The notes under the pieces are model-generated. The model worked only from the letters and a program-made list of their open reading frames with translations, searched no databases and had not been told where the DNA came from. From Macrostomum lignano (lineage: Eukaryota), in NCBI GenBank assembly GCA_002269645.1, contig NIVC01004997.1, positions 1 through 28,906 on the forward strand: a stretch of DNA of 28,906 nt. The letters run 5' to 3'. Numbering within the stretch: the first letter of the stretch is position 1; each line of letters begins with the position of its first letter. This document shows, one piece after another, positions 28,264 through 28,906 of the stretch. The position numbers were made by a program, and so were the translations under genes.

Positions 28264-28906
28264 CGAGGTGTATCCCAAAAGTAAGTTTCGGTCAGCTGCC
28301 AACAGTGAGCAATTAGTTTTAAAAAACGTAAACTTTGTCAAACCACAACTTCAAGTATTTGTCACTCCACAAATCGCGCCAAGCTCAACGCACTTTTCCC
28401 AGCGACGCACCCACGCTTCAAAGGCGGGCCGGGCCATGCAGCCGGCGATCGCCAGATGTCGCGAGAGCTGATGAAGCGCTGTTGTTCACCTGCTCCTCAG
28501 ATCCGAAACGTTGGCCACGAAGCTCTCTTTCATTCGGGAACAGATAGAAGTCCGCGGAGCCAATATCAGGCGAGTAGCGCGGGTGGTGGAGAATTTCAAG
28601 TTCACGAGCCGAGCAGCTCTTCAACCCGTCTGGCCGATGCACCGGGCGTTGTCGTGATGGAAGATGACGCTTCTCCAGAAGGCCGGCCGCTTTTTCCTTA
28701 TCGCTGGTCGCAGTTTCTCTTGAAGCACCCATCGATAGTACTCAGCATTCACTTTGGTACCCCAGGCCAGGCAGTCCAGAATGATCCCGTCAATGTCAAA
28801 AAAATGATGTGCATCACTTCAATGAGCCTTGCTTGCGTCGCACCTTCTCGGACTCGCCGATCCTATCGGAAGCCACTGCGCTGACTGCCGCTTCAGCTCT
28901 GGGTCT
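28264..28906 (-). mobile_element. Mariner (Tc1/mariner DD34D) transposon, 3' half with terminal inverted repeat; frameshifted transposase
   Basis: Minus strand reads DPELKRQSAQW, MHIIFFDIDG, VNAEYY..VL..KLRPAIRKKRP, IFHHDNAR, HPRYSPDIGSADFYLFP, LRGQRFGSEE and WVRRWEKCVE. The terminus TA|CGAGGTGTATCCCAAAAGTAAG lies at 28262-28285. The element runs off the window. Confidence 0.93.

Overview
Repeat-rich animal genomic DNA, not prokaryotic: it has spliceosomal introns, SINEs, LINEs and a mariner element. The composition is reminiscent of a flatworm such as Macrostomum, but that is inference only. The long ORFs in the supplied track (3.8-5.5 kb and 8.1-11.9 kb) are mostly stop-free readings of minisatellites. 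The left half hides a probable multi-exon type-I membrane protein gene on the + strand. It comprises a possible signal-peptide exon (2136), two homologous exons encoding a cysteine-rich module I cannot assign to a known family (about 3757-4026 and 7857-8120), and a transmembrane-plus-tail exon (12946-13115). Its introns contain five unrelated tandem repeats and a tRNA-SINE with a target-site duplication. The right half holds a decayed RTE-like LINE in two to three pieces and a tandem pair of two-exon genes for a secreted PAN/apple-like plus LamG/ConA-like protein. One copy is intact and one is frameshifted, and their divergence is mosaic. A co-duplicated CCAAT/TATA block, a 1.1-kb unknown insertion and the 3' half of a mariner transposon complete the window. 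All coordinates and counts were read by hand and may be off by a few bases.
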